This document shows positions 46,964-58,079 of a DNA stretch of 64,000 bases, one piece after another. The position numbers and the translations under genes were made by a program. Every line of letters begins with the position of its first letter. The stretch's first letter is position 1. Under the pieces are notes generated by a model, which saw only the letters and a list, made by a program, of their open reading frames with translations, did no database searches and was not told the DNA's origin. Source of the DNA: a virus. Its lineage: Duplodnaviria; Caudoviricetes. The DNA is taken from positions 1-64,000 of IMG/VR virus record IMGVR_UViG_3300033062_002592. The stretch is one strand, 5' to 3'.

Positions 46964-47870
46964 AACTGTAGCACTTTGCGGCTCAAATATTGGTGATTAT
47001 CTTTTCGACATTGTGGCAGAGGGTATGGTTTATTTATTGGGCCGAAAAAACGTTTATATAAAAGATTTGTATATTGCGCCCAATGATCCAAACCAAGATT
47101 TACATGGTGGTTATTCATATACAAACGAATTTTTGCGAGAGCCAAATGAAATTTCTTCATTGTTTGACTGTGATGTTTTAATTAATAATTACGCTAGAGC
47201 GCCAGGAGATATAGGTGAACATAAAGAGGCACCGGAATTCAAAAAATCTGGAAAAACCGTTGTTATAATTGATGGCGGCGATTTTCCGAATATGTGGTAC
47301 CATATTCCCCATGATTTATATTTTAAAAAGGAATATTATATCAATCAAACTTATCCCAAAGATGTATTTAATTTGCCCTTTGCTGCAAAAATGTTTAAAT
47401 ATGATTTTCCCAACATAGAAAAAACAGGAGATATAAGTCTTTTTGGTAGTCTTGGTGCAAACCCTTTGCGTGGCCAACTTATGGAAGCATTTAAAAAGAC
47501 AAGTTTTAAATGTAATTTTGGTGGGCATTCTCTTCAATATATGAAATATCTTGAAGAAGTGCGCAGGCATTGGCTTTGTCTTTCAACTCCAAGCGCTAGT
47601 TGGGATACTTACAGATATTGGGAATTACCCTATTTTGCTTGCCCCATGTTATGTAGTCGCCCAATGATAAAAATAGATAATGATTTTGTTGATAAAGAAA
47701 GTTGTTTAAAATTTGACACTGCTGAAGAAGCGGTTAAAATTGCAGAAGAGTATCTTCCTCAAAAAGAAGTTTTGTTAAAAATTGGAGAAAAGGCAAGAGA
47801 AGTTTCCCTGAAATATAATTTGTCTATACATCGAGCGCAAAAAGTTTTGGATGAAGTTGAAAAATTATGA
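46914..47870 (+). CDS. GT-B glycosyltransferase (CgeB/Glyco_trans_1_2-like)
   Basis: IIDGGD, YFKKEY, WDTYRYWE, LKIGEKARE...RA. Confidence 0.7.
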   Translation: MMNILGKNLGKRKMKIKTVALCGSNIGDYLFDIVAEGMVYLLGRKNVYIKDLYIAPNDPNQDLHGGYSYTNEFLREPNEISSLFDCDVLINNYARAPGDIGEHKEAPEFKKSGKTVVIIDGGDFPNMWYHIPHDLYFKKEYYINQTYPKDVFNLPFAAKMFKYDFPNIEKTGDISLFGSLGANPLRGQLMEAFKKTSFKCNFGGHSLQYMKYLEEVRRHWLCLSTPSASWDTYRYWELPYFACPMLCSRPMIKIDNDFVDKESCLKFDTAEEAVKIAEEYLPQKEVLLKIGEKAREVSLKYNLSIHRAQKVLDEVEKL

Positions 47871-48433
47871 AGTGGCAAGATTTAACAAAAGAAGATTATG
47901 AAACAAGTTGGGGCGTTGCCAACTATTTAGATAAAATTGTTTTAGACGTTGGCGCAGATGTTGGAAGCACTGCATTATTTTTCATAGAAAGAGGAGCAAA
48001 AAACATTATTTGTGTGGATACAGATACTTCAGGATTAACAAAAAATGCTCAAGAGATTCCTCAAATAAGCAAAATTGTAAATGTTAATATCCAAGATAAA
48101 TATACAATGGAGCGAGTTCTTTTAGAAACGGCGGATATTGTAAAGATGGATATAGAAGGAGCTGAAATGTGGCTATTAGAAGTTGATCCACGAATATTGC
48201 AGCAACATAAAGAATATATTATTGAGATTCATGGTAGTTGTATTCATCATACTCCTGTTTGTGATCCACAATGTCTTTACACTTATATTAAAGATATGTT
48301 TTTGAAAAATAACTTTGAAATTTTGGATGATTTCATATTTTATTGGAATCCTGTTTATTGTTCAGAATATAAAGGAGAACGCAATAGTCCCGAAAATAAA
48401 GGATTACATATTGTTTACTGCAGGAGAAAATAA
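47867..48433 (+). CDS. FkbM-like SAM methyltransferase
   Basis: VLDVGADVG, KMDIEGAE, IEIH. Confidence 0.8.
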   Translation: MKWQDLTKEDYETSWGVANYLDKIVLDVGADVGSTALFFIERGAKNIICVDTDTSGLTKNAQEIPQISKIVNVNIQDKYTMERVLLETADIVKMDIEGAEMWLLEVDPRILQQHKEYIIEIHGSCIHHTPVCDPQCLYTYIKDMFLKNNFEILDDFIFYWNPVYCSEYKGERNSPENKGLHIVYCRRK

Positions 48434-49366
48434 ATGAAGATTTTTATAACCGGAGGAACAGGGTTTATTGGAGAAAACCTTGTAAATAAACTGTTAGAAC
48501 GAAACCATGAAATATATGTATTATGTAGAAATGTTACAGACCGCAAAATTACACTTCCCCAAGGCACCAATATTGTTTATGGAGACCTTATTGATGGGCA
48601 TTTTCTAAAGAAATCCTTAAAGGAAATAAATCCCGATGTGGTAGTTCATCTTGCTTCAGTCTCTTCGGTCGCTTATGGGCATCAACATGCTCAAGAAAAT
48701 TTTGAAATTACATTTCTTGGAACAGTAAATATTCAAAAAGCCTGTGAAGGATTATCAAACTTGCAAAAATTTATTTTTGCGGGAACTTCTGAAGAATATG
48801 GCAATCAAACACAATTTCCAATAAAAGAAAATGCTCCTCTTTTTCCCAATCAACCATATGCCATAGCCAAAGTTGCTTCAGATTATTATCTTGATTATTG
48901 TAAAATAGCAAATGGTTTTCCATCAGTTATTCTACGCCCGTTCAATACATATGGTAGAACAAAGAATTTTACATTTGTAACTGAAAGCATTATATATCAA
49001 ATGCTTACAAAAGATAAGGTTATCTTGGGAAATCCCGATGCAACTAGAGATTTGCTCTATGTGGATGACCATGTTAATGGATATATCAAAGCAATTGAAA
49101 CAACAAAAGACCTTGAAAAATGCAGAGCCATAAACTTATGCACTGGAATCGGAACATCTATAAAAACTCTTGCTGAAAAAATTCAAAAAATTGCCGATTT
49201 TAAAGGCGAAATAATTTGGAATATAAAAATTCGCCCAACTGAAATTAATAAGCTCGTTGGAGATTGGGGTCCAGCCTTTGATTATTTAGAATGGCGCCCA
49301 CAAACCTCATTAGATGAGGGTTTAAGTTTAGCAACTTATAAGATAAAATCTTTGGTGGTGAAATAG
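48434..49366 (+). CDS. NDP-sugar epimerase/4,6-dehydratase (extended SDR)
   Basis: TGGTGFIG, HLAS, TSEEYG, YAIAK, RPFNTYG. Confidence 0.9.
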   Translation: MKIFITGGTGFIGENLVNKLLERNHEIYVLCRNVTDRKITLPQGTNIVYGDLIDGHFLKKSLKEINPDVVVHLASVSSVAYGHQHAQENFEITFLGTVNIQKACEGLSNLQKFIFAGTSEEYGNQTQFPIKENAPLFPNQPYAIAKVASDYYLDYCKIANGFPSVILRPFNTYGRTKNFTFVTESIIYQMLTKDKVILGNPDATRDLLYVDDHVNGYIKAIETTKDLEKCRAINLCTGIGTSIKTLAEKIQKIADFKGEIIWNIKIRPTEINKLVGDWGPAFDYLEWRPQTSLDEGLSLATYKIKSLVVK

Positions 49367-49954
49367 ATGAAGATAAGTAATGAAGAATGGGAAACTTTAA
49401 AAACCTTTTTTATGTTTCAAAAAGGTTTAAGTATGCAAGAAGATATATTGATACTATATAATTTTTCTAAAAACATGGGGTTTAACCATATTCTTGAACT
49501 TGGAATAGGAGTAGAGGCAAATGCAACAAAAGCTTTCGCCTTTGCTAAAGCACAGTTGCCAAGTACATCCTTTACAAGCGTTGATTTCAGCGAAGAAAAT
49601 ATTAAAATTTCCAGAAAAATTCTTGAAGATTTTCATCTTGATAAATATGTTGAATTAATACATTCAGATTCGGTGGAATTTCTAAAAAACGCTCCTAAAA
49701 ACTATTATGATTTAATATTTATAGATACAAGCCATTCATTTGAACATACTGTTGCAGAAATTGAGTTGTCAACAGAAAAATTCGATCCTGCTGGATACAT
49801 ATTTTTGCATGATACAAGACAAATAGGAGTAAAAAATGCCATAGATTATTTTGTGCAGAAAAATCCATTATTCATACACACAGAGTTTAATACTGTAGCT
49901 GGGTTGGGTTCCCTTGCAAAAAAATCTTATGAAAAACAATTGAAAGAAATTTAG
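49367..49954 (+). CDS. Methyltransf_24-like SAM methyltransferase
   Basis: ILELG, DLIFIDTSHSFE, FLHDT. Confidence 0.8.
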   Translation: MKISNEEWETLKTFFMFQKGLSMQEDILILYNFSKNMGFNHILELGIGVEANATKAFAFAKAQLPSTSFTSVDFSEENIKISRKILEDFHLDKYVELIHSDSVEFLKNAPKNYYDLIFIDTSHSFEHTVAEIELSTEKFDPAGYIFLHDTRQIGVKNAIDYFVQKNPLFIHTEFNTVAGLGSLAKKSYEKQLKEI

Positions 49955-49976
49955 TCATTAAAATATACGTGATTAT

Positions 49977-50834
49977 ATGAATCAAAAAAAGATAGCTATT
50001 ATGGGCGCCAGGGGGCATGTTGCAACAAATATTTACTGGCAATTACGAGATAATAATGAAATTTACCAATTTTCTAGGGAACAAATTGAAGATCCTCAAG
50101 GAGGATATCTTGTTTATCCTTATTCAGATTTTTTCAACTATGATTATGATTTAATTATAAATTGTGTTGGCTTTGGAAATCCAGAGGAGATTGAAACCGC
50201 TGGAGTGCAGTTATTTCTTGTAACCGAAGAATATGATAATAAAGTCCTAAGTTATTTAAATGAACATCCAAACACAAGATATATTTTTATCAGTTCTGGT
50301 GCTGTTCATAATCAATTTTTTGTTGATGACCTTCAAAAAAAGAATTTTTATCAGATTTCAAAGATAAATGCCGAAGCAAAACACAGGTCTCTTCCAGCTT
50401 TAAATATAGTTGATATTAGATTGTATTCATTTTTTACTCGTTTTACAAATCTTGATTCCAAATTTTTTATGAGTGCTTTGATAAAGGCAATTTTAACTAA
50501 AACGGTATTTGTAACAAACGAGAGAGAAATGATTAGGGACTATATAAATCCAAAAGACCTTATTAATCTTATAGAGTTATCCCTTAAACCAAAACATTTA
50601 AATGAAGGATTTGATATATACAGTCTAAGTCCCATTTCAAAGTTTGAAATACTTCGGTATTTTCAAGATAAATGTAGATTAAAGGTAAAATTCGATAACA
50701 GATATAAAAGCTTTAGTTCTGTGGGTAAAGATATTTATGCTTCAACTTTTAAAAGGAAAGCAGCGATTCTCGGTTACAAACCAAAATATACATCTCTGAA
50801 AACCATAAAGGAAGAATCTGCATGTCTCCTATGA
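49977..50834 (+). CDS. NDP-sugar reductase/epimerase (SDR)
   Basis: MGARGHVA, INCVG, ISSGAV, YQISK, RDYI. Confidence 0.8.
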   Translation: MNQKKIAIMGARGHVATNIYWQLRDNNEIYQFSREQIEDPQGGYLVYPYSDFFNYDYDLIINCVGFGNPEEIETAGVQLFLVTEEYDNKVLSYLNEHPNTRYIFISSGAVHNQFFVDDLQKKNFYQISKINAEAKHRSLPALNIVDIRLYSFFTRFTNLDSKFFMSALIKAILTKTVFVTNEREMIRDYINPKDLINLIELSLKPKHLNEGFDIYSLSPISKFEILRYFQDKCRLKVKFDNRYKSFSSVGKDIYASTFKRKAAILGYKPKYTSLKTIKEESACLL

Positions 50835-52612
50835 AAACTTCAGAATATATTGTAAAATATTTACATGAATATGGAATCGAATATATATTCATGATTCCGG
50901 GTGGCGGAGCCATGTTTCTCAACGATGCGGTTGGTTATGGACCCATAAAATACGTCTGTACACATGGCGAACAAGCTGCGACCATGGCTGCTAAAGCTTA
51001 CGCACAATACAGTGGCAAACTTGGAGTTGTCTGTGTAACAACAGGTTGCGGCGGCACAAATACAATAACTGGAGTTTTGGATGCATATCAAGATAACGCT
51101 CCAATTCTAATTATTTCAGGTAACAACAACCTTTGGGAAACAATCAAAGGCTCGGGTCTTAAACTAAAACAATTTGGTGGACAAGAAGCCGATATATTAT
51201 CAATTGTTGAACCCATCACAAAATATGCTAAAATGGTTGAAAAGCCAGAAGATATAAAATATGAATTACAAAAGGCAATTCATGTTGCAACCCATGGAAG
51301 TCCGGGACCCGTGTGGCTTGACATACCTATGAATATTCAATGTGCCCAAATTGATGAAACAAAACTTTCAGAGTTTGTACCATCCAGAGAAGTATTGAAA
51401 CCTATTAGTGAAGAAATTTCAAAAATGGTGATGATGTTTCAACAAGCTTCAAGACCTATAGTTTTGGTTGGACAAGGAGTTCGACTTGCTAAATCTATAT
51501 CCGAATTTAAAAAATTCATAGAAGAAAACAATCTTCCAGTAGTTGCCTCTAAGTTAGGAATTGACATTCTTGAATATGATAATCCATTATATATTGGTAA
51601 TATTGGAACTAAAGGTGACCGTGCAGGAAATTTTGCGATTCAAAATTCGGATTTAGTTTTAGTTTTAGGTTCAAGACTTGCAGTTAGTTCCACAAGCCAG
51701 AGGTTTAATTGGTTTGCCAGAGAAGCCAAAAAAATTGTAGTTGATATAAATTCTATTGAGCACCAAAAGAAAACTGTTAAAATAGATTTATTTATTGAAT
51801 GTGATTTGAAAAAATTTTTTGAAATGATGAATTATATTTGTTTAAAGACAGCAAAATCTTCTTGGGTTGAAATATGCCAACATTGGAAAGAAATCTTCAA
51901 AACATATTCACCAAGCTTTGCAGAAAGCGAAAAAATCAATCTGTATTACTTTGCAGAAATACTTTCTCAAAAACTGCGTCCAAACAATGCTATTGTAGGC
52001 GATGCAGGATCAAATATGTTTATTCCCGCCCAAGGAATTCATATTAGTGGTTCCCAAAGATTCATTTTTAGTGCGGCTCAAACGACCATGGGATTCACGC
52101 TTCCAGCTTGTGTGGGCGTCAGCTTAGCAAAAAATAAAGGAGAAGTCATAGGCATCTGCGGCGATGGCTCTTTCCAATTTAACATTCATGAATTGCAAAC
52201 AATAAAACATCATAATTTACCAGTTAAAATTTTTGTCTGGAATAATGGAGGGTATCTCACAATGAGAAATACTCAAATGAACTTTTTCAAAAGGCTTAAT
52301 GCTTGCACCCCAGAAACTGGCGTTTCATTTCCAGATACATCAAAGATAGCTAATGCCTATGATATAATGTATTTCAAGGCTGATAACAGTAAATCTCTTC
52401 CAAGAATTATAGATGATGTTTTAAATCATAAAGGACCAGTAATATGTGAAGTTATGTGTCTTTATAACCAACCAATTTTAACAGTGCTTGGAAAGCAAAA
52501 TCCAGATGGTTCGTTTACATCAAGACCGCTTGAAGATATGTATCCATTTTTAGATAGAAAAATATTCTTTAAGGAAATGATAATAAACCCGGTTGAAACT
52601 TCTTATGATTAA
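50822..52612 (+). CDS. TPP-dependent acetolactate-synthase-like enzyme (YerE-like in sugar context)
   Basis: HGEQAA, TTGCGG, GPVWLDIP, GDGSFQFNIHEL...NNGGY. Confidence 0.88.
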   Translation: MSPMKTSEYIVKYLHEYGIEYIFMIPGGGAMFLNDAVGYGPIKYVCTHGEQAATMAAKAYAQYSGKLGVVCVTTGCGGTNTITGVLDAYQDNAPILIISGNNNLWETIKGSGLKLKQFGGQEADILSIVEPITKYAKMVEKPEDIKYELQKAIHVATHGSPGPVWLDIPMNIQCAQIDETKLSEFVPSREVLKPISEEISKMVMMFQQASRPIVLVGQGVRLAKSISEFKKFIEENNLPVVASKLGIDILEYDNPLYIGNIGTKGDRAGNFAIQNSDLVLVLGSRLAVSSTSQRFNWFAREAKKIVVDINSIEHQKKTVKIDLFIECDLKKFFEMMNYICLKTAKSSWVEICQHWKEIFKTYSPSFAESEKINLYYFAEILSQKLRPNNAIVGDAGSNMFIPAQGIHISGSQRFIFSAAQTTMGFTLPACVGVSLAKNKGEVIGICGDGSFQFNIHELQTIKHHNLPVKIFVWNNGGYLTMRNTQMNFFKRLNACTPETGVSFPDTSKIANAYDIMYFKADNSKSLPRIIDDVLNHKGPVICEVMCLYNQPILTVLGKQNPDGSFTSRPLEDMYPFLDRKIFFKEMIINPVETSYD

Positions 52613-53597
52613 TGCCCCACCTTTAGTTTTTTTCAAAATAAATCAAATTGATTATTCGCAATTAAATTCAAAAAAGGTCTCTATAGTCTTAGTAACTTTC
52701 AGAAAAACCCCCAAATATGAAATGCTCTATGAATCACTGTCACACCAAACAATCAAAAATTTTGAAGTTGTGTTAATAGAGGAACAATATGAATTGCATA
52801 AAGAACTTGTAAAAAATCTTTCTAAAAAATTCAATATTTCAACAACCCATGTTTATTGTGAGTCAACGGTACCCGAAAATGCAAAGGCTTTGAACGAAGG
52901 AATTGTCCACAGCACAGGCGATTATATTATGAATATCAACGACTGTATGTATTTTCCTTATAGGTGGCTTGAAAAACATTTGCTTGTTGCTTCAAAGGAT
53001 TTTCTAAGTTTGGGCGCTCGCTATTTTACATATTCAACAAATTTTCCAATCGAAAAATATTTATCGGGAATAATTGAAATTCCCAAAGAACAAGATAAAA
53101 ACATTTCAAAGTTTTTAGAAGAAAAAAGTGGAATAAAAGATTATTTGAACATCCATTTCGGTGAACATATAGTATCAAGTCCTCAAGATTATAGGCTTTT
53201 GGGGCTTCCAACAGATATATTCAAAGAAGATAATCTTATTTTAGAAGCATTGCCAGGATGGAATTATGGTGGAAACTCGATGGCTCCTACAGAAATGTTT
53301 CTTGAAATAAATGGGTTTGATGAAAGATTTGATAATGGTTATGGTTGGACAGATTGCGAAATTGGCATTAGAATGTATAATAAAGGACATAAAGCATTTA
53401 TTAATCTATCAAATTGGTCTCTTGAAATTCAAGATAAAGACCATGTTGATGTTATAGAATTAAAAGCAGATTTAAAGGATAAAAACAAATCTGATAATAA
53501 CTGGAAACTTTATGAGGAAGCTTGTGATAAAAAATTAACTTTTGTTAATCCAAACAAAAATTTGAGGGAAATAAAAGAAAAAAATAAGGGAAAGTAA
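52593..53597 (+). CDS. Glycosyltransferase family 2
   Basis: VSIVLVT, QT...FEV, LNEGI, NGFDERF..GYG..D.E.G.R. Confidence 0.8.
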   Translation: MKLLMINAPPLVFFKINQIDYSQLNSKKVSIVLVTFRKTPKYEMLYESLSHQTIKNFEVVLIEEQYELHKELVKNLSKKFNISTTHVYCESTVPENAKALNEGIVHSTGDYIMNINDCMYFPYRWLEKHLLVASKDFLSLGARYFTYSTNFPIEKYLSGIIEIPKEQDKNISKFLEEKSGIKDYLNIHFGEHIVSSPQDYRLLGLPTDIFKEDNLILEALPGWNYGGNSMAPTEMFLEINGFDERFDNGYGWTDCEIGIRMYNKGHKAFINLSNWSLEIQDKDHVDVIELKADLKDKNKSDNNWKLYEEACDKKLTFVNPNKNLREIKEKNKGK

Positions 53598-53599
53598 AA

Positions 53600-54652
53600 A
53601 TGTCTTCCTTAGAAATTTATAAAAATAAAAAGGTGCTTATAACCGGCAACACTGGGTTTAAGGGTTCGTGGCTATCTTTATGGCTGCAGTCTCTTGGAGC
53701 AAATGTGTATGGATATTCTCTTCCTCCTCCAACAGAACCCAATATGTTTAATATTTTAAATTTAAGCACAAAAATTGATACACATTTTGATGATATAAAA
53801 GATTTTGCTTCCTTGCTTTATTTTTTCAAGATAATTGACCCAGAAATTGTTATTCATCTTGCCGCGCAACCAATTGTTAAAGAATCTTATATGAATCCTA
53901 AATTAACATTTGAGACAAATGTTATGGGAACAATTAACGTTCTTGAATCAATTAAAAGAACAGACGGTATTAAGGCTGCAATCATAATAACAACAGACAA
54001 AGTTTATGAAGATAAATATCCTTATATTTATAAAGAAACAGACAAATTGGGAGCAAATGATCCATATAGTTCAAGTAAAGCTTGTGCTGAAATCGTTACA
54101 GATTCTTATAGGCGTGCATTTTTTAAATCAAAAAATATACAAGTAGCCACTGCACGAGCTGGAAACATTCTTGGGGGAGGAGATTGGGCGGTAAGAATAA
54201 TTCCAGAAACAATTAAAAAATTGCAAAGAGGAGAAAAGGCAACAACATATATGCCAGAAGCTGTTAGACCATGGCAGTTTATTATGGATCCCCTTTATGG
54301 ATATTTATTACTTGGATCAAAATTGTTAGAAGGCCCAAAATATTCGGATGCATGGAATTTTGGTCCTCCAGAAACAAATTATCTTACGGTTGAAGAGTTG
54401 ATTAAAAAAATTATTCGTTATTGGGGTTCTGGAGACTACATTACAATTGATTCAGATAAAACAATGCCAGAGTCCGAGCTTTTAAAGCTGGATTGTGAAA
54501 AATCTAAAAAATTGCTAGGTTGGAAAGGAAAATATTCCATAGATGAGACTTTAGAAAAAACTGTTTTATGGTATAAGAATTATTATTCAGGAAAAACAAA
54601 TATGTATAAATACACATTAAGTCAAATAAAGGAGTACGATTCAATAAGATGA
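53600..54652 (+). CDS. rfbG: CDP-glucose 4,6-dehydratase
   Basis: TGNTGFKGSWL, HLAAQPIV, TTDKVY, DPYSSSK, RAGNILGGGDW, RPWQ, WNFGP. Confidence 0.92.
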   Translation: MSSLEIYKNKKVLITGNTGFKGSWLSLWLQSLGANVYGYSLPPPTEPNMFNILNLSTKIDTHFDDIKDFASLLYFFKIIDPEIVIHLAAQPIVKESYMNPKLTFETNVMGTINVLESIKRTDGIKAAIIITTDKVYEDKYPYIYKETDKLGANDPYSSSKACAEIVTDSYRRAFFKSKNIQVATARAGNILGGGDWAVRIIPETIKKLQRGEKATTYMPEAVRPWQFIMDPLYGYLLLGSKLLEGPKYSDAWNFGPPETNYLTVEELIKKIIRYWGSGDYITIDSDKTMPESELLKLDCEKSKKLLGWKGKYSIDETLEKTVLWYKNYYSGKTNMYKYTLSQIKEYDSIR

Positions 54653-55221
54653 GTGATGAATCAGATTCACTCTTTACATATAATCAAAATAATATTGAAA
54701 TAAATGCAATTGAATATATAGAGCATTATACAAGCGATTATAAAAAAGAAGGAAAAATTCTTTATGATACAATTTTAGAACTTAATGCTAAAATCATTGT
54801 AGATTTAGGGATTCGCGGTGGTTGTTCAACAAGAGTATGCCTCTTAGGAGCTAAAGAAACAAATGGAGAAGTTTATAGCTGCGATATAATTTTCCCAGAA
54901 AAATCACTTAAAGATTTTATAGAAAAGTATGGGTTAAAAAAATATTGGCATCTTCATATTGGTGATGATATAGAGTTTGCATCACAAATAGATAAAAAAA
55001 TAGATATTCTGCTTTTAGATTCGAATCATGAAACTCAGCATGTTATAGCACAATTAGTTTGTTATCCTGAAAAGGTTTCTCCATTAGGTAGAATATTTAT
55101 ACATGATTCAAAGTATCAAAGTGTAGAAGATGCCATTAACGCTTTTATGTTAAATAATAACAAATGGATTAAAATAGAGCATGACACAACTCTTGGTTAT
55201 GCTGAGTTTAGGAGAATATAA
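54649..55221 (+). CDS. Methyltransf_24-like SAM methyltransferase
   Basis: IVDLGIRGGCST, LLLDSNH, FIHDS; paralog of 49367. Confidence 0.8.
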   Translation: MSDESDSLFTYNQNNIEINAIEYIEHYTSDYKKEGKILYDTILELNAKIIVDLGIRGGCSTRVCLLGAKETNGEVYSCDIIFPEKSLKDFIEKYGLKKYWHLHIGDDIEFASQIDKKIDILLLDSNHETQHVIAQLVCYPEKVSPLGRIFIHDSKYQSVEDAINAFMLNNNKWIKIEHDTTLGYAEFRRI

Positions 55222-55225
55222 CTAA

Positions 55226-56362
55226 ATGAAAGTTGGAATGGTCAGTCCTTTTCGGGTTCAATGCGGCAACGCTCAGCACACAGAAAATCTTGTCATAGAA
55301 CTTGTAAAACAAGTTGATTCTTTTAAAATATTCGCAGAAAATGTTATTCCTCCTGAAACAGAAATTGGGCCAATAAATAAAAATATTCATATCGATTACG
55401 AAAGATGTTGGCAGCGTGGTCAAGGATTCGAAATTTTAGAAAGAAAAATCAAGGAATATTCACCAAATGTAATACATATACAATTTGTTGGTGGCTTATT
55501 CAATGAATTATCTTATGATCCAAATAGCGCATTTCAAAAAATTATTGAAAATTTGAGAAATGTTGGAATAAAAATTATTTTATACATGCATGATGTACCA
55601 GAATACTTCCCAGATGAAAAACAAATATATAATTGGTATAAAAATTTGCAAGCAATATTTTTTGTTGCAAATCCATCAACTAAAAATGGAATTAAAAAAT
55701 GGTTTCCAGAAGCTCAAGTATATATTATCCCTCTAGGAACTCCAAATGTAACTATTACCGACAAACTTTTAGCAAGACAAAAACTGGGTTTAAACGAAAA
55801 AGATTTTATATTGATGCAACCTGGATTTTATGGTAAAAACAAAGGCATGAAAGAAATCATTGATAATATTCAGCATATTCATATACCGAATTTTAAAATG
55901 GTTTTTGCGGGAACAATGCATCCTTTTTCAATGGATTTAGATAAGGTTTATATGAAAGAATGTATTAAATCTGCACTTAAAGTTAAAGATAGAGTAATTT
56001 TCGTAAATAAATTTTTAACAAAAGATGAAATAGATTTGTATTGTTCCGCTGCAGATTTCTTTATTTCCAACCAATCAATGATATTTGGCTATGCTGGTAC
56101 AGCAAGCGTTCATGGCTTATTGCCATTTGGTAAACCCCTAATATTGAGTACAAGCCCCAAATTATCTGCCTTTACAGATAATGTAGATTGTAAAAAATTT
56201 GCTCCAAATCATCTTGTAGAAACTATAATGGATCTTTATACAAAAACTGAAATTCAAAAACAACTTTCAAATGGTGCTCTTGAATTGGCTGAAAAAACAA
56301 GCTGTAAAAATGTTTCAAAACAATGTGTAGAAATCTATAATAAGGTGTGCAAAATAAAATGA
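55226..56362 (+). CDS. Glycosyltransferase family 4
   Basis: MVSPF..QCG.A.HT, HIQF, PGFYGKNKG; paralog of 58079 and 59209. Confidence 0.8.
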   Translation: MKVGMVSPFRVQCGNAQHTENLVIELVKQVDSFKIFAENVIPPETEIGPINKNIHIDYERCWQRGQGFEILERKIKEYSPNVIHIQFVGGLFNELSYDPNSAFQKIIENLRNVGIKIILYMHDVPEYFPDEKQIYNWYKNLQAIFFVANPSTKNGIKKWFPEAQVYIIPLGTPNVTITDKLLARQKLGLNEKDFILMQPGFYGKNKGMKEIIDNIQHIHIPNFKMVFAGTMHPFSMDLDKVYMKECIKSALKVKDRVIFVNKFLTKDEIDLYCSAADFFISNQSMIFGYAGTASVHGLLPFGKPLILSTSPKLSAFTDNVDCKKFAPNHLVETIMDLYTKTEIQKQLSNGALELAEKTSCKNVSKQCVEIYNKVCKIK

Positions 56363-57168
56363 CAGAAGAAAAACTTTTAAACATAATCATAGTAAATCAT
56401 AATAATTGGAGATATTTGGCAGGTTGTTTAGCCTCAATTTTTCAAAATACAATTTCAAAAACTGAATATGAAATAATAGTTGTTGATAATGCTTCTACAG
56501 ACATATCCTTAAAGCTTTTGGAATATTTACATGAACAAGGAGAGCCAGTTAAAATCATTAAAAATACAGAAAATTTGAATTATGTACTAGGTAATAATAT
56601 TGGATTGAAAAATACAAATTCAAAATACATACTATTTTTAAATAATGATACAATTTTAGATAAAAATTGTCTTAAAGAAATGTTGAATGTATTTACATTA
56701 GAACCAAAGGCTGGAATGGTTGGAGCAATACAATATTCTCCTTCTGGAACTTTAGCGTGCCCACCTCTTGGTAAATTTAATAGGAATCCTGAAGATTGGA
56801 GTTCTGTTGGATTTGACCCATGTGACAATCCGGAAAAGCTTCCTAAACCATTTGTAGAAGTTGATAATACAAATACCGCGTGCGCAATGATTTCTAAAGA
56901 GGTTTTAAACAAAATAGGATATATGGATGAAGAATTTTGTCCATGTATGTATGAAGCTGAAGATTATATTATGCGAATAAAAGTTGCAGGATTTAAAATT
57001 TTGGTATGTACAACAGCAAAATTGGTTCATTATGTTGCTGCAACCACAAATATTACGCAAGATACGCAACGATATTATACCTATGTAGTATTGCCAAAAA
57101 ACCGAAAAGTTTTTATTAAGAAATGGGGAAAATATTTTGAGGAAGAAAAAAAATGTCAAAAATACTAA
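56347..57168 (+). CDS. Glycosyltransferase family 2
   Basis: IIIVNHN, VVDNASTD, LNNDT, G.MDE.F...YE..D. Confidence 0.88.
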   Translation: MQNKMTEEKLLNIIIVNHNNWRYLAGCLASIFQNTISKTEYEIIVVDNASTDISLKLLEYLHEQGEPVKIIKNTENLNYVLGNNIGLKNTNSKYILFLNNDTILDKNCLKEMLNVFTLEPKAGMVGAIQYSPSGTLACPPLGKFNRNPEDWSSVGFDPCDNPEKLPKPFVEVDNTNTACAMISKEVLNKIGYMDEEFCPCMYEAEDYIMRIKVAGFKILVCTTAKLVHYVAATTNITQDTQRYYTYVVLPKNRKVFIKKWGKYFEEEKKCQKY

Positions 57169-57677
57169 ATCCTTTTGAAAACGTAGAAGCTCATTACAAT
57201 ACAAAACTTATTGGTGCATCATATGAAAATAAAATCATCTTGGACTTGGGTGCATCCAATGGAGACTCCGCAGAATATTTTCTAAATAATGGAGCAAAGT
57301 TTGTTATAGCAGTTGAAGGAAATTTCAATTTTCAAGGAAGAAATGTTTTTGCAGAATTGCTAGAAAACAGTAAATTATTTAATGGAAAAATAATTCCAAT
57401 TTTTATGTGGATAGATAATCCCAAACAAATAGAAAATTTAATTATTGCATATAAACCAGATATTGTGAAAAGCGATATTGAAGGAGCTGAAATACACCTG
57501 TTTAATATTCGAGATGAAGTTTGGCAGTTAGTACCAGAATATATTGTTGAAACTCATGAAGGTTATTTACATGACGATTCAAATAAAATTATGTATTTAA
57601 AGTGTGAAAAAAATAAATATAAAATTATGACTGATACGTGTATTGTTGCCCATGTTATATATACAAAAAGGGAGTGA
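57153..57677 (+). CDS. FkbM-like SAM methyltransferase
   Basis: ILDLGASNGDS, KSDIEGAE, VETH; paralog of 47867. Confidence 0.78.
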   Translation: MSKILNPFENVEAHYNTKLIGASYENKIILDLGASNGDSAEYFLNNGAKFVIAVEGNFNFQGRNVFAELLENSKLFNGKIIPIFMWIDNPKQIENLIIAYKPDIVKSDIEGAEIHLFNIRDEVWQLVPEYIVETHEGYLHDDSNKIMYLKCEKNKYKIMTDTCIVAHVIYTKRE

Positions 57678-57683
57678 TAAAAA

Positions 57684-58079
57684 ATGAAAGAAAATCCAAA
57701 TGTAGAATGGATTAAAAGAAGAAAAGAACTTTTGGAAAATATCAAAGGATTTGGAATCAAAGGAGACAGAATTCAAATAACAACACAGTTAAGCTACATA
57801 CATAGTTCAATGTATGAATCTATGGTTGGCTGGCAAAATTGGATCAATGGATGGATTTCTATTGAACTTAATAAAAAAATTAATGTTGCAGATTCAAATG
57901 TGCTAATTCTTTCCGACATAGAACTAAAAGATTTACATGAAAAATTCAAAGATTTTGCTACGAAATTCATAGAACTTGACATAAAATTCACAGAAATTGT
58001 AACCAAAAAAATGAATAAGAAAAAACTCAAAGAGTTTCAACAAGGCCTCGATGATAATATGAAAAGGATGATTGTTTAA
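57684..58079 (+). CDS. DUF2153-like archaeal helical protein
   Basis: W.K...LLE...DR...S..GW..W...EL..L...FIELDI.FT pattern, recognised from memory of the family. Confidence 0.55.
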   Translation: MKENPNVEWIKRRKELLENIKGFGIKGDRIQITTQLSYIHSSMYESMVGWQNWINGWISIELNKKINVADSNVLILSDIELKDLHEKFKDFATKFIELDIKFTEIVTKKMNKKKLKEFQQGLDDNMKRMIV